A stretch of 64,000 nucleotides of DNA, taken from positions 682,001 through 746,000 of the forward strand of contig OZ176050.1 of NCBI GenBank assembly GCA_964247055.1, in the 5' to 3' direction. The translations under genes and the position numbers were made by a program. Every line of letters starts with the position of its first letter. The first letter of the stretch is position 1. Origin of the DNA: Paragordius varius. Its lineage: Eukaryota > Animalia > Nematomorpha. Below are positions 41,601 through 56,100 of this stretch, one piece after another. The notes under the pieces were generated by a model. That model worked only from the letters and a program-made list of their open reading frames with translations. It was not told where the DNA came from and made no database searches.

Positions 41601-44600
41601 AGGTGATGTCACCATAATTTTTTTTGGGTAGCCCTATGGTAGTTCCATCATCACCCCAAATATTTTCGAGATCGGAGTATAAATGTAATTTTTATGAATT
41701 TTTTAAATATTTAAAAAATTGATTTTATACGATTTTAAAAATAAAAATGGCTACCTAAAATCCAAATTTGATCAGGTGATGTCACCATATTTTTTTTTGG
41801 GTAGCCCTATGGTAGTTCCATCATCACCCCAAATATTGTCGAGATCGGAGTATAAATGTAATTTTTTTGAATTTTTTAAATATTTAAAAAATTTATTTTA
41901 TACGATTTTAAAAATAAAAATGGCTACCTAAAATCCAAATTGGATCAGGTGATGTCGCCATAATTTTTTTTGGGTAGCCCTAGAGTAGTTCCATCATCAC
42001 CCCAAATATTGTCGAGATCGGAATATAAATGTAATTTTTATGAATTTTTTAAATATTTAAAAAATTTATTTTATACGATTTTAAAAATAAAAATGGCTAC
42101 CTAAAATCCAAATTAGATCAGGTGATGTCTCCATAATTTTTTTTGGGTAGCCCTATGGTAATTCCATCATCACCCCAAATATTTTGGGGATCGGACTATA
42201 AATGTAATTTTTATGAATTTTTTAAATATTTAAAAAATTTATTTTATACGATTTTAAAAATAAAAATGGCTACCTAAAATCCAAATTTGATCAGGTGATG
42301 TCACTATAATTTTTTTGGGTAGCCCTATGGTAGTTCCATCATCACCTCAAATATTTTGGGGATCGGACTATAAATGTAATTTTTATGAATTTTTTAAATA
42401 TTTAAAAAATTTATTTTATACGATTTTAAAAATAAAAATGGCTACCTAAAATCCAAATTTGATCAGGTGATGTCACCATAATTTTTTTTGGGTAGCCCTA
42501 TGGTAGTTCCATCATCACCCCAAATATTGTCGAGATCGGAGTATAAATGTAATTTTTTTAAATTTTTTAAATATTTAAAAAATTTATTTTATACGATTTT
42601 AAAAATAAAAATGGCTACCTAAAATCCAAATTTGATCAGGTGATGTCACCATAATTTTTTTTGGGTAGCCCTATGGTAGTTCCATCATCACCCCAAATAT
42701 TTTGGGGATCGAACTATAAATGTAATTTTTATGAATTTTTTAAATATTTAAAAAATTTATTTTATACGATTTTAAAAATAAAAATGGCTACCTAAAATCC
42801 AAATTTGATCAGGTGATGTCACCATAATTTTTTTTGGGTAGCCCTATGGTAGTTCCATCATCACCCCAAATATTTTCGAGATCGGAGTATAAATGTAATT
42901 TTTATGAATTTTTTAAATATTTAAAAAATTTATTTTATACGATTTTAAAAATAAAAATGGCTACCTAAAATCCAAATTTGATCAGGTGATGTCACCATAT
43001 TTTTTTTTGGGTAGCCCTATGGTAGTTCCATCATCACCCCAAATATTGTCGAGATCGGAGTATAAATGTAATTTTTTTGAATTTTTTAAATATTTAAAAA
43101 ATTTATTTTATACGATTTTAAATATAAAAATGGCTACCTAAAATCCAAATTTGATCAGGTGATGTCACCGTATTTTTTTTTTTAGCCCTATGGTAGTTCC
43201 ATCATCACCCCAAATATTGTCGAGATCGGAGTATAAATGTAATTTTTTTGAATTTTTTAAATATTTAAAAAATTTATTTTATACGATTTTAAAAATAAAA
43301 ATGGCTACCTAAAATCCAAATTTGATCAGGTGATGTCACCATAATTTTTTTTGGGTAGCCCTATGGTAGTTCCATCATCACCCCAAATATTTTCGAGATC
43401 GGAGTATAAATGTAATTTTTATGAATTTTTTAAATATTTAAAAAATTGATTTTATACGATTTTAAAAATAAAAATGGCTACCTAAAATCCAAATTTGATC
43501 AGGTGATGTCACCATATTTTTTTGGGGTAGCCCTATGGTAGTTCCATCATCACCCCAAATATTGTCGAGATCGGAGTATAAATGTAATTTTTTTGAATTT
43601 TTTAAATATTTAAAAAATTTATTTTATACGATTTTAAAAATAAAAATGGCTACCTAAAATCCAAATTAGATCAGGTGATGTCTCCATAATTTTTGGGTAG
43701 CCCTATGGTAATTCCATCATCACCCCAAATATTTTGGGGATCGGACTATAAATGTAATTTTTATGAATTTTTTAAATATTTAAAAAATTTATTTTATACG
43801 ATTTTAAAAATAAAAATGGCTACCTAAAATCCAAATTTGATCAGGTGATGTCACTATAATTTTTTTGGTTAGCCCTATGGTAGTTCCATCATCACCTCAA
43901 ATATTTTGGGGATCGGACTATAAATGTAATTTTTATGAATTTTTTAAATATTTAAAAAATTTATTTTATACGATTTTAAAAATAAAAATGGCTACCTAAA
44001 ATCCAAATTTGATCAGGTGATGTCACCATAATTTTTTTTGGGTAGCCCTATGGTAGTTCCATCATCACCCCAAATATTTTGGGGATCGGACTATAAATGT
44101 AATTTTTATGAATTTTTTAAATATTTAAAAAATTTATTTTATACGATTTTAAAAATAAAAATGGCTACCTAAAATCCAAATTTGATCAGGTGATGTCACT
44201 ATAATTTTTTTGGGTAGCCCTATGGTAGTTCCATCATCACCTCAAATATTTTCGAGATCGGAGTATAAATGTAATTTTTATGAATTTTTTAAATATTTAA
44301 AAAATTTATTTTATACGATTTTAAAAATAAAAATGGCTACCTAAAATCCAAATTTGATCAGGTGATGTCACCATAATTTTTTTTGGGTAGCCCTATGGTA
44401 GTTCCATCATCACCCCAAATATTTTGGGGATCGGACTATAAATGTAATTTTTATGAATTTTTTAAATATTTAAAAAATTTATTTTATACGATTTTAAAAA
44501 TAAAAATGGCTACCTAAAATCCAAATTTGATCAGGTGATGTCGCCATAATTTTTTTTGGGTAGCCCTATGGTAGTTCCATCATCACCCCAAATATTTTCG

Positions 44601-47600
44601 AGATCGGAGTATAAATGTAATTTTTATGCATTTTTTAAATATTTAAAAAATTTATTTTATACGATTTTAAAAATAAAAATGGCTACCTAAAATCCAAATT
44701 TGATCAGGTGATGTCGCCATAATTTTTTTTGGGTAGCCCTATGGTAGTTCCATCATCACCCCGAATACTTTGGGGATCGGACTATAAATGTAATTTTTAT
44801 GAATTTTTTAAATATTTAAAAAATTTATTTTATACGATATTAAAAATAAAAATGGCTACCTAAAATCCAAATTTGATCAGGTGATGTCACCATAATTTTT
44901 TTTGGGTAGCCCTATGGTAGTTCCATCATCACCCCAAATATTTTCGAGATCGGAGTATAAATGTAATTTTTATGAATTTTTTAAATATTTAAAAAATTTA
45001 TTTTATACGATATTAAAAATAAAAATGGCTACCTAAAATCCAAATTTGATCAGGTGATGTCACTATAATTTTTTTTGGGTAGCCCTATGGTAGTTCCATC
45101 ATCACCCCAAATATTTTCGAGATCGGAGTATAAATGTAATTTTTATGAATTTTTTAAATATTTAAAAAATTTATTTTATACGATTTTAAAAATAAAAATG
45201 GCTACCTAAAATCCAAATTTGATCAGGTGATGTCACTATAATTTTTATGGGTAGCCCTATGGTAGTTCCATCATCACCTCAAATATTTTGGGGATCGGAC
45301 TATAAATGTAATCTTTTGAATTTTTTAAATATTTAAAAAATTTATTTTATACGATTTTAAAAATAAAAATGGCTACCTAAAATCCAAATTTGATCAGGTG
45401 ATGTCACCATAATTTTTTTTGGGTAGCCCTATGGTAGTTCCATCATCACATCAAATATTTTCGAGATCGGAGTATAAATGTAATTTTTATGAATTTTTTA
45501 AATATTTAAAAAATTTATTTTATACGATTTTAAAAATAAAAATGGCTACCTAAAATCCAAATTTGATCAGGTGATGTCACCATAATTTTTTTTGGGTAGC
45601 CCTATGGTAGTTCCATCATCACCCCAAATATTTTGGGGATCGGACTATAAATGTAATTTTTATGAATTTTTTAAATATTTAAAAAATTTATTTTATTCGA
45701 TTTTAAAAATAAAAATGGCTACCTAAAATCCAAATTTGATCAGGTGATGTCGCCATAATTTTTTTTGGGTAGCCCTATGGTAGTTCCATCATCACCCCAA
45801 ATATTTTCGAGATCGGAGTATAAATGTAATTTTTATGAATTTTTTAAATTTTTAAAAAATTTATTTTATACGATATTAAAAATAAAAATGGCTACCTAAA
45901 ATCCAAATTTGATCAGGTGATGTCACTATAATTTTTTTTGGGTAGCCCTATGGTAGTTCCATCATCACCCCAAATATTTTCGAGATCGGAGTATAAATGT
46001 AATTTTTATGCATTTTTTAATTATTTAAAAAATTTATTTTATACGATTTTAAAAATAAAAATGGCTACCTAAAATCCAAATTTGATCAGGTGATGTCGCC
46101 ATAATTTTTTTTGGGTAGCCCTATGGTAGTTCCATCATCACCCCGAATACTTTGGGGATCGGACTATAAATGTAATTTTTATGAATTTTTTAAATATTTA
46201 AAAAATTTATTTTATACGATATTAAAAATAAAAATGGCTACCTAAAATCCAAATTTGATCAGGTGATGTCACCATAATTTTTTTTGGGTAGCCCTATGGT
46301 AGTTCCATCATCACCCCAAATATTTTCGAGATCGGAGTATAAATGTAATTTTTATGAATTTTTTAAATATTTAAAAAATTTATTTTATACGATATTAAAA
46401 ATAAAAATGGCTACCTAAAATCCAAATTTGATCAGGTGATGTCACTATAATTTTTTTTGGGTAGCCCTATGGTAGTTCCATTATCACCCCAAATATTTTC
46501 GAGATCGGAGTATAAATGTAATTTTTATGAATTTTTTAAATATTTAAAAAATTTATTTTATACGATTTTAAAAATAAAAATGGCTACCTAAAATCCAAAT
46601 TTGATCAGGTGATGTCACTATAATTTTTATGGGTAGCCCTATGGTAGTTCCATCATCACCCCAAATATTTTGGGGATCGGACTATAAATGTAATTTTTAT
46701 GAATTTTTTAAATATTTAAAAAATTTATTTTATACGATTTTAAAAATAAAAATGGCTACCTAAAATCCAAATTTGATCAGGTGATGTCACTATAATTTTT
46801 ATGGGTAGCCCTATGGTAGTTCCATCATCACCTCAAATATTTTGGGGATCGGACTATAAATGTAATCTTTTGAATTTTTTAAATATTTAAAAAATTTATT
46901 TTATACGATTTTAAAAATAAAAATGGCTACCTAAAATCCAAATTTGATCAGGTGATGTCACCATAATTTTTTTTGGGTAGCCCTATGGTAGTTCCATCAT
47001 CACATCAAATATTTTCGAGATCGGAGTATAAATGTAATTTTTATGAATTTTTTAAATATTTAAAAAATTTATTTTATACGATTTTAAAAATAAAAATGGC
47101 TACCTAAAATCCAAATTTGATCAGGTGATGTCACCATAATTTTTTTTGGGTAGCCCTATGGTAGTTCCATCATCACCCCAAATATTTTGGGGATCGGACT
47201 ATAAATGTAATTTTTTTGAATTTTTTAAATATTTAAAAAATTTATTTTATACGATATTAAAAATAAAAATGGCTACCTAAAATCCAAATTGGATCAGGTG
47301 ATGTCGCCATAATTTTTTTTGGGTAGCCCTAGAGTAGTTCCATCATCACCCCAAATATTGTCGAGATCGGAATATAAATGTAATTTTTATGAATTTTTTA
47401 AATATTTAAAAAATTTATTTTATACGATTTTAAAAATAAAAATGGCTACCTAAAATCCAAATTAGATCAGGTGATGTCTCCATAATTTTTTTTGGGTAGC
47501 CCTATGGTAATTCCATCATCACCCCAAATATTTTGGCGATCGGACTATAAATGTAATTTTTATGAATTTTTTAAATATTTAAAAAATTTATTTTATACGA

Positions 47601-50600
47601 TTTTAAAAATAAAAATGGCTACCTAAAATCCAAATTTGATCAGGTGATGTCACTATAATTTTTTTGGTTAGCCCTATGGTAGTTCCATCATCACCTCAAA
47701 TATTTTGGGGATCGGACTATAAATGTAATTTTTATGAATTTTTTAAATATTTAAAAAATTTATTTTATACGATTTTAAAAATAAAAATGGCTACCTAAAA
47801 TCCAAATTTGATCAGGTGATGTCACCATAATTTTTTTTGGGTAGCCCTATGGTAGTTCCATCATCACCCCAAATATTTTGGGGATCGGACTATAAATGTA
47901 ATTTTTATGAATTTTTTAAATATTTAAAAAATTTATTTTATACGATTTTAAAAATAAAAATGGCTACCTAAAATCCAAATTTGATCAGGTGATGTCACTA
48001 TAATTTTTTTGGGTAGCCCTATGGTAGTTCCATCATCACATCAAATATTTTCGAGATCGGAGTATAAATGTAATTTTTATGAATTTTTTAAATATTTAAA
48101 AAATTTATTTTATACGATTTTAAAAATAAAAATGGCTACCTAAAATCCAAATTTGATCAGGTGATGTCACCATAATTTTTTTTGGGTAGCCCTATGGTAG
48201 TTCCATCATCACCCCAAATATTTTGGGGATCGGACTATAAATGTAATTTTTTTGAATTTTTTAAATATTTAAAAAATTTATTTTATACGATATTAAAAAT
48301 AAAAATGGCTACCTAAAATCCAAATTGGATCAGGTGATGTCGCCATAATTTTTTTTGGGTAGCCCTAGAGTAGTTCCATCATCACCCCAAATATTGTCGA
48401 GATCGGAATATAAATGTAATTTTTATGAATTTTTTAAATATTTAAAAAATTTATTTTATACGATTTTAAAAATAAAAATGGCTACCTAAAATCCAAATTA
48501 GATCAGGTGATGTCTCCATAATTTTTTTTGGGTAGCCCTATGGTAATTCCATCATCACCCCAAATATTTTGGGGATCGGACTATAAATGTAATTTTTATG
48601 AATTTTTTAAATATTTAAAAAATTTATTTTATACGATTTTAAAAATAAAAATGGCTACCTAAAATCCAAATTTGATCAGGTGATGTCACTATAATTTTTT
48701 TGGTTAGCCCTATGGTAGTTCCATCATCACCTCAAATATTTTGGGGATCGGACTATAAATGTAATTTTTATGAATTTTTTAAATATTTAAAAAATTTATT
48801 TTATACGATTTTAAAAATAAAAATGGCTACCTAAAATCCAAATTTGATCAGGTGATGTCACCATAATTTTTTTTGGGTAGCCCTATGGTAGTTCCATCAT
48901 CACCCCAAATATTTTGGGGATCGGACTATAAATGTAATTTTTATGAATTTTTTAAATATTTAAAAAATTTATTTTATACGATTTTAAAAATAAAAATGGC
49001 TACCTAAAATCCAAATTTGATCAGGTGATGTCACTATAATTTTTTTGGGTAGCCCTATGGTAGTTCCATCATCACCTCAAATATTTTGGGGATCGGACTA
49101 TAAATGTAATTTTTATGAATTTTTTAAATATTTAAAAAGTTTATTTTATACGATTTTAAAAATAAAAATGGCTACCTAAAATCCAAATTTGATCAGGTGA
49201 TGTCACCATAATTTTTTTTGGGTAGCCCTATGGTAGTTCCATCATCACCCCAAATATTGTCGAGATCGGAGTATAAATGTAATTTTTTTAAATTTTTTAA
49301 ATATTTAAAAAATTTATTTTATACGATTTTAAAAATAAAAATGGCTACCTAAAATCCAAATTTGATCAGGTGATGTCACCATAATTTTTTTTGGGTAGCC
49401 CTATGGTAGTTCCATCATCACCCCAAATATTGTCGAGATCGGAGTATAAATGTAATTTTTTTAAATTTTTTAAATATTTAAAAAATTTATTTTATACGAT
49501 TTTAAAAATAAAAATGGCCACCTAAAATCCAAATTTGATCAGGTGATGTCGCCATAATTTTTTTTGGGTAGCCCTATGGTAGTTCCATCATCACCCCAAA
49601 TATTTTGGGGATCGGACTATAAATGTAATTTTTATGAATTTTTTAAATATTTAAAAAATTTATATTATACGATTTTAAAAATAAAAATGGCTACCTAAAA
49701 TCCAAATTTGATCAGGTGATGTCACTATAATTTTTTTGGGTAGCCCTATGGTAGTTCCATCATCACCTCAAATATTTTGGGGATCGGACTATAAATGTAA
49801 TCTTTTGAATTTTTTAAATATTTAAAAAATTTATTTTATACGATTTTAAAAATAAAAATGGCTACCTAAAATCCAAATTTGATCAGGTGATGTCACCATA
49901 ATTTTTTTTGGATAGCCCTATGGTAGTTCCATCATCACATCAAATATTTTCGAGATCGGAGTAGAAATGTAATTTTTATGAATTTTTTAAATATTTAAAA
50001 AATTTATTTTATACGATTTTAAAAATAAAAATGGCTACCTAAAATCCAAATTTGATCAGGTGATGTCACCATAATTTTTTTTGGGTAGCCCTATGGTAGT
50101 TCCATCATCACCCCAAATATTTTGGGGATCGGACTATAAATGTAATTTTTATGAATTTTTTAAATATTTAAAAAATTTATTTTATACGATTTTAAAAATA
50201 AAAATGGCTACCTAAAATCCAAATTTGATCAGGTGATGTCGCCATAATTTTTTTTGGGTAGCCCTATGGTAGTTCCATCATCACCCCAAATATTTTCGAG
50301 ATCGGAGTATAAATGTAATTTTTATGAATTTTTTAAATTTTTAAAAAATTTATTTTATACGATATTAAAAATAAAAATGGCTACCTAAAATCCAAATTTG
50401 ATCAGGTGATGTCACTATAATTTTTTTTGGGTAGCCCTATGGTAGTTCCATCATCACCCCAAATATTTTCGAGATTGGAGTATAAATGTAATTTTTATGC
50501 ATTTTTTAAATATTTAAAAAATTTATTTTATACGATTTTAAAAATAAAAATGGCTACCTAAAATCCAAATTTGATCAGGTGATGTCGCCATAATTTTTTT

Positions 50601-53139
50601 TGGGTAGCCCTATGGTAGTTCCATCATCACCCCGAATACTTTGGGGATCGGACTATAAATGTAATTTTTATGAATTTTTTAAATATTTAAAAAATTTATT
50701 TTATACGATATTAAAAATAAAAATGGCTACCTAAAATCTAAATTTGATCAGGTGATGTCACCATAATTTTTTTTGGGTAGCCCTATGGTAGTTCCATCAT
50801 CACCCCAAATATTTTCGAGATCGGAGTATAAATGTAATTTTTATGAATTTTTTAAATATTTAAAAAATTTATTTTATACGATATTAAAAATAAAAATGGC
50901 TACCTAAAATCCAAATTTGATCAGGTGATGTCACTATAATTTTTTTTGGGTAGCCCTATGGTAGTTCCATCATCACCCCAAATATTTTCGAGATCGGAGT
51001 ATAAATGTAATTTTTATGAATTTTTTAAATATTTTAAAAATTTATTTTATACGATTTTAAAAATAAAAATGGCTACCTAAAATCCAAATTTGATCAGGTG
51101 ATGTCACTATAATTTTTATGGGTAGCCCTATGGTAGTTCCATCATCACCTCAAATATTTTGGGGATCGGACTATAAATGTAATCTTTTGAATTTTTTAAA
51201 TATTTAAAAAATTTATTTTATACGATTTTAAAAATAAAAATGGCTACCTAAAATCCAAATTTGATCAGGTGATGTCACCATAATTTTTTTTGGGTAGCCC
51301 TATGGTAGTTCCATCATCACATCAAATATTTTCGAGATCGGAGTATAAATGTAATTTTTATGAATTTTTTAAATATTTAAAAAATTTATTTTATACGATA
51401 TTAAAAATAAAAATGGCTACCTAAAATCCAAATTTGATCAGGTGATGTCACCATAATTTTTTTTGGGTAGCCCTATGGTAGTTCCATCATCACCCCAAAT
51501 ATTTTCGAGATCGGAGTATAAATGTAATTTTTATGAATTTTTTAAATATTTAAAAAATTTATTTTATACGATATTAAAAATAAAAATGGCTACCTAAAAT
51601 CCAAATTTGATCAGGTGATGTCACTATAATTTTTTTTGGGTAGCCCTATGGTAGTTCCATCATCACCCCAAATATTTTCGAGATTGGAGTATAAATGTAA
51701 TTTTTATGCATTTTTTAAATATTTAAAAAATTTATTTTATACGATTTTAAAAATAAAAATGGCTACCTAAAATCCAAATTTGATCAGGTGATGTCGCCAT
51801 AATTTTTTTTGGGTAGCCCTATGGTAGTTCCATCATCACCCCGAATACTTTGGGGATCGGACTATAAATGTAATTTTTATGAATTTTTTAAATATTTAAA
51901 AAATTTATTTTATACGATATTAAAAATAAAAATGGCTACCTAAAATCCAAATTTGATCAGGTGATGTCACCATAATTTTTTTTGGGTAGCCCTATGGTAG
52001 TTCCATCATCACCCCAAATATTTTCGAGATCGGAGTATAAATGTAATTTTTATGAATTTTTTAAATATTTAAAAAATTTATTTTATACGATATTAAAAAT
52101 AAAAATGGCTACCTAAAATCCAAATTTGATCAGGTGATGTCACTATAATTTTTTTTGGGTAGCCCTATGGTAGTTCCATCATCACCCCAAATATTTTCGA
52201 GATCGGAGTATAAATGTAATTTTTATGAATTTTTTAAATATTTAAAAAATTTATTTTATACGATTTTAAAAATAAAAATGGCTACCTAAAATCCAAATTT
52301 GATCAGGTGATGTCACTATAATTTTTATGGGTAGCCCTATGGTAGTTCCATCATCACCTCAAATATTTTGGGGATCGGACTATAAATGTAATCTTTTGAA
52401 TTTTTTAAATATTTAAAAAATTTATTTTATACGATTTTAAAAATAAAAATGGCTACCTAAAATCCAAATTTGATCAGGTGATGTCACCATAATTTTTTTT
52501 GGGTAGCCCTATGGTAGTTCCATCATCACATCAAATATTTTCGAGATCGGACTATAAATGTAATTTTTATGAATTTTTTAAATATTTAAAAAATTTATTT
52601 TATACGATATTAAAAATAAAAATGGCTACCTAAAATCCAAATTTGATCAGGTGATGTCACTATAATTTTTTTTGGGTAGCCCTATGGTAGTTCCATCATC
52701 ACCCTAAATATTTTCGAGATCGGAGTATAAATGTAATTTTTATGAATTTTTTAAATATTTAAAAAATTTATTTTATACGATTTTAAAAATAAAAATGGCT
52801 ACCTAAAATCCAAATTTGATCAGGTGATGTCACTATAATTTTTATGGGTAGCCCTATGGTAGTTCCATCATCACCCCAAATATTTTGGGGATCGGACTAT
52901 AAATGTAATTTTTATGAATTTTTTAAATATTTAAAAAATTTATTTTATACGATTTTAAAAATAAAAATGGCTACCTAAAATCCAAATTTGATCAGGTGAT
53001 GTCGCCATAATTTTTTTTGGGTAGCCCTATGGTAGTTCCATCATCACCCCGAATACTTTGGGGATCGGACTATAAATGTAATTTTTATGAATTTTTTAAA
53101 TATTTAAAAAATTTATTTTATACGATTTTAAAAATAAAA
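38655..53139 (+). repeat. Block rich in the TTTGGGGATCGGAC allele, built from two interleaved multimer cassettes
   Basis: About 41 of 84 monomers carry the GGGG allele. Cassette X (AATTGGATC / AATTAGATC-GTCTCC / GGTTAGCC-CCTCAAA) is at 39684, 40372, 41920, 47269 and 48305. Cassette Y (CCCGAATACT monomer) is at 44679, 46061, 50550, 51759 and 52967. Confidence 0.85.
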
Positions 53140-56100
53140 ATGGCTACCTAAAATCCAAATTTGATCAGGTGATGTCACCATAATTTTTTTTGGGTAGCCC
53201 TATGGTAGTTCCATCATCACCCCAAATATTTTCGAGATCGGAGTATAAATGTAATTTTTATGAATTTTTTAAATATTTAAAAAATTTATTTTATTCGATT
53301 TTAAAAATAAAAATGGCTATAAAATCCAAATTTGATCATATGATGTCGCCATAATTTTTTTTGGGTAGCCCTATGGTAGTTCCATCATAACCCCAAATAT
53401 TTTTGAGATCGGACTTTAAATGTAATCTTTATGAATTTTTTAAATATTTAAAAAATTTATTTTATACGATTTTAAAAATAAAAATGGCTACCTAAAATCC
53501 AAATTTGATCAGGTGATGTCACCATAATTTTTTTTGGGTAGCCCTATGGTAGTTCCATCATCACCCCAAATATTGTCGAGATCGGAGTATAAATGTAATT
53601 TTTTTGAATTTTTTAAATATTTAAAAAATTTATTTTATACGATTTTAAAAATAAAAATGGCTACCTAAAATCCAAATTTGATCAGGTGATGTCGCCATAA
53701 TTTTTTTTGGGTAGCCCTATGGTAGTTCCATCATCACCCCAAATATTGTCGAGATCGGAGTTTAAATGTAATTTTTTTGAATTTTTTAAATATTTAAAAA
53801 ATTTATTTTATACGATTTTAAAAATAAAAATGGCTACCTAAAATCCAAATTTGATCAGGTGATGTCACCATAATTTTTTTTGGGTAGCCCTATGGTAGTT
53901 CCATCATCACCCCAAATATTTTCGAGATCGGAGTATAAATGTAATTTTTATGAATTTTTTAAATATTTAAAAAATTTATTTTATACGATTTTAAAAATAA
54001 AAATGGCTACCTAAAATCCAAATTTGATCAGGTGATGTCGCCATGATTTTTTTTGGGTAGCCCTATAGTAGTTCCATCATCACCCCAAATATTTTTGAGA
54101 TCGGAGTATAAATGTAATTTTTATGAATTTTTTAAATATTTAAAAAATTTATTTTATACGATTTTAAAAATAAAAATGGCTACCTAAAATCCAAATTTGA
54201 TCAGGTGATGTCACCATAATTTTTTTTGGGTAGCCCTATGGTAGTTCCATCATCACGCCAAATATTGTCGAGATCGGAGTTTAAATGTAATTTTTTTGAA
54301 TTTTTTAAATATTTAAAAAATTTATTTTATACGATTTTAAAAATAAAAATGGCTACCTAAAATCCAAATTTGATCAGGTGATGTCACCATAATTTTTTTT
54401 GGGTAGCCCTATGGTAGTTCCATCATCACCCCAAATATTTTCGAGATCGGAGTATAAATGTAATTTTTATGAATTTTTTAAATATTTAAAAAATTTATTT
54501 TATACGATTTTAAAAATAAAAATGGCTACCTAAAATCCAAATTTGATCAGGTGATGTCACCATAATTTTTTTTGGGTAGCCCTATGGTAGTTCCATCATC
54601 ACCCCAAATATTGTCGAGATCGGAGTTTAAATGTAATTTTTTTGAATTTTTTAAATATTTAAAAAATTTATTTTATACGATTTTAAAAATAAAAATGGCT
54701 ACCTAAAATCCAAATTTGATCAGGTGATGTCACCATAATTTTTTTTGGGTAGCCCTATGGTAGTTCCATCATCACCCCAAATATTTTCGAGATCGGAGTA
54801 TAAATGTAATTTTTATGAATTTTTTAAATATTTAAAAAATTTATTTTATACGATTTTAAAAATAAAAATAGCTACCTAAAATCCAAATTTGATCAGGTGA
54901 TGTCACCATAATTTTTTTTGGGTAGCCCTATGGTAGTTCCATCATCACCCCAAATATTTTCGAGATCGGAGTATAAATGTAATTTTTATGAATTTTTTAA
55001 ATATTTAAAAAATTTATTTTATTCGATTTTAAAAATAAAAATGGCTATAAAATCCAAATTTGATCAGGTGATGTCGCCATAATTTTTTTTGGGTAGGCCT
55101 ATGGTAGTTCCATCATAACCCCAAATATTTTTGTAATCGGACTTTCAATGTAATTTTTATGAATTTTTTAAATATTTAAAAAATTTATTTTATACGATTT
55201 TAAAAATAAAAATGGCTACCTAAAATCCAAATTTGATCAGGTGATGTCACCATAATTTTTTTTGGGTAGCCCTATGGTAGTTCCATCATCACCCCAAATA
55301 TTGTCGAGATCGGAGTATAAATGTAATTTTTTTGAATTTTTTAAATATTTAAAAAATTTATTTTATACGATTTTAAAAATAAAAATGGCTACCTAAAATC
55401 CAAATTTGATCAGGTGATGTCGCCATAATTTTTTTGGGTAGCCCTATGGTAGTTCCATCATCACCCCAAATATTTTCGAGATCGGAGTATAAATGTAATT
55501 TTTATGAATTTTTTAAATATTTAAAAAATTTATTTTATACGATTTTAAAAATAAAAATGGCTACCTAAAATCCAAATTTGATCAGGTGAGTCACTATAAT
55601 TTTTTTGGGTAGCCCTATGGTAGTTCCATCATCACCACAAATATTGTCGAGATCGGAGTATAAATGTAATTTTTTTGAATTTTTTAAATATTTAAAAAAT
55701 TTATTTTATACGATTTTAAATATAAAAATGGCTACCTAAAATCCAAATTTGATCAGGTGATGTCGCCATAATTTTTTTTGGGTAGCCCTATGGTAGTTCC
55801 ATCATAACCCCAAATATTTTGGGGATCGGAATATAAATGTAATTTTTATGAATTTTTTAAATATTTAAAAAATTTATTTTATACGATTTTAAAAATAAAA
55901 ATGGCTACCTAAAATCCAAATTTGATCAGGTGATGTCACCATAATTTTTTTTGGGTAGCCCTATGGTAGTTCCATCATCACCCCAAATATTGTCGAGATC
56001 GGAGTATAAATGTAATTTTTATGAATTTTTTAAATATTTAAAAAATTTATTTTATACGATTTTAAAAATAAAAATGGCTACCTAAAATCCAAATTTGATC

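Noticed and set aside
41719-41931. Identical second 70-aa ORF
   Set aside because: It is a copy of the same satellite segment duplicated at +2236 bp. A third TTG copy (~43446) is frameshifted by a 1-nt loss, which shows no coding constraint.
55587-55593. AP-1-like TGAGTCA site
   Set aside because: It is a singleton created by a 1-nt deletion in one monomer, with no regulatory context.
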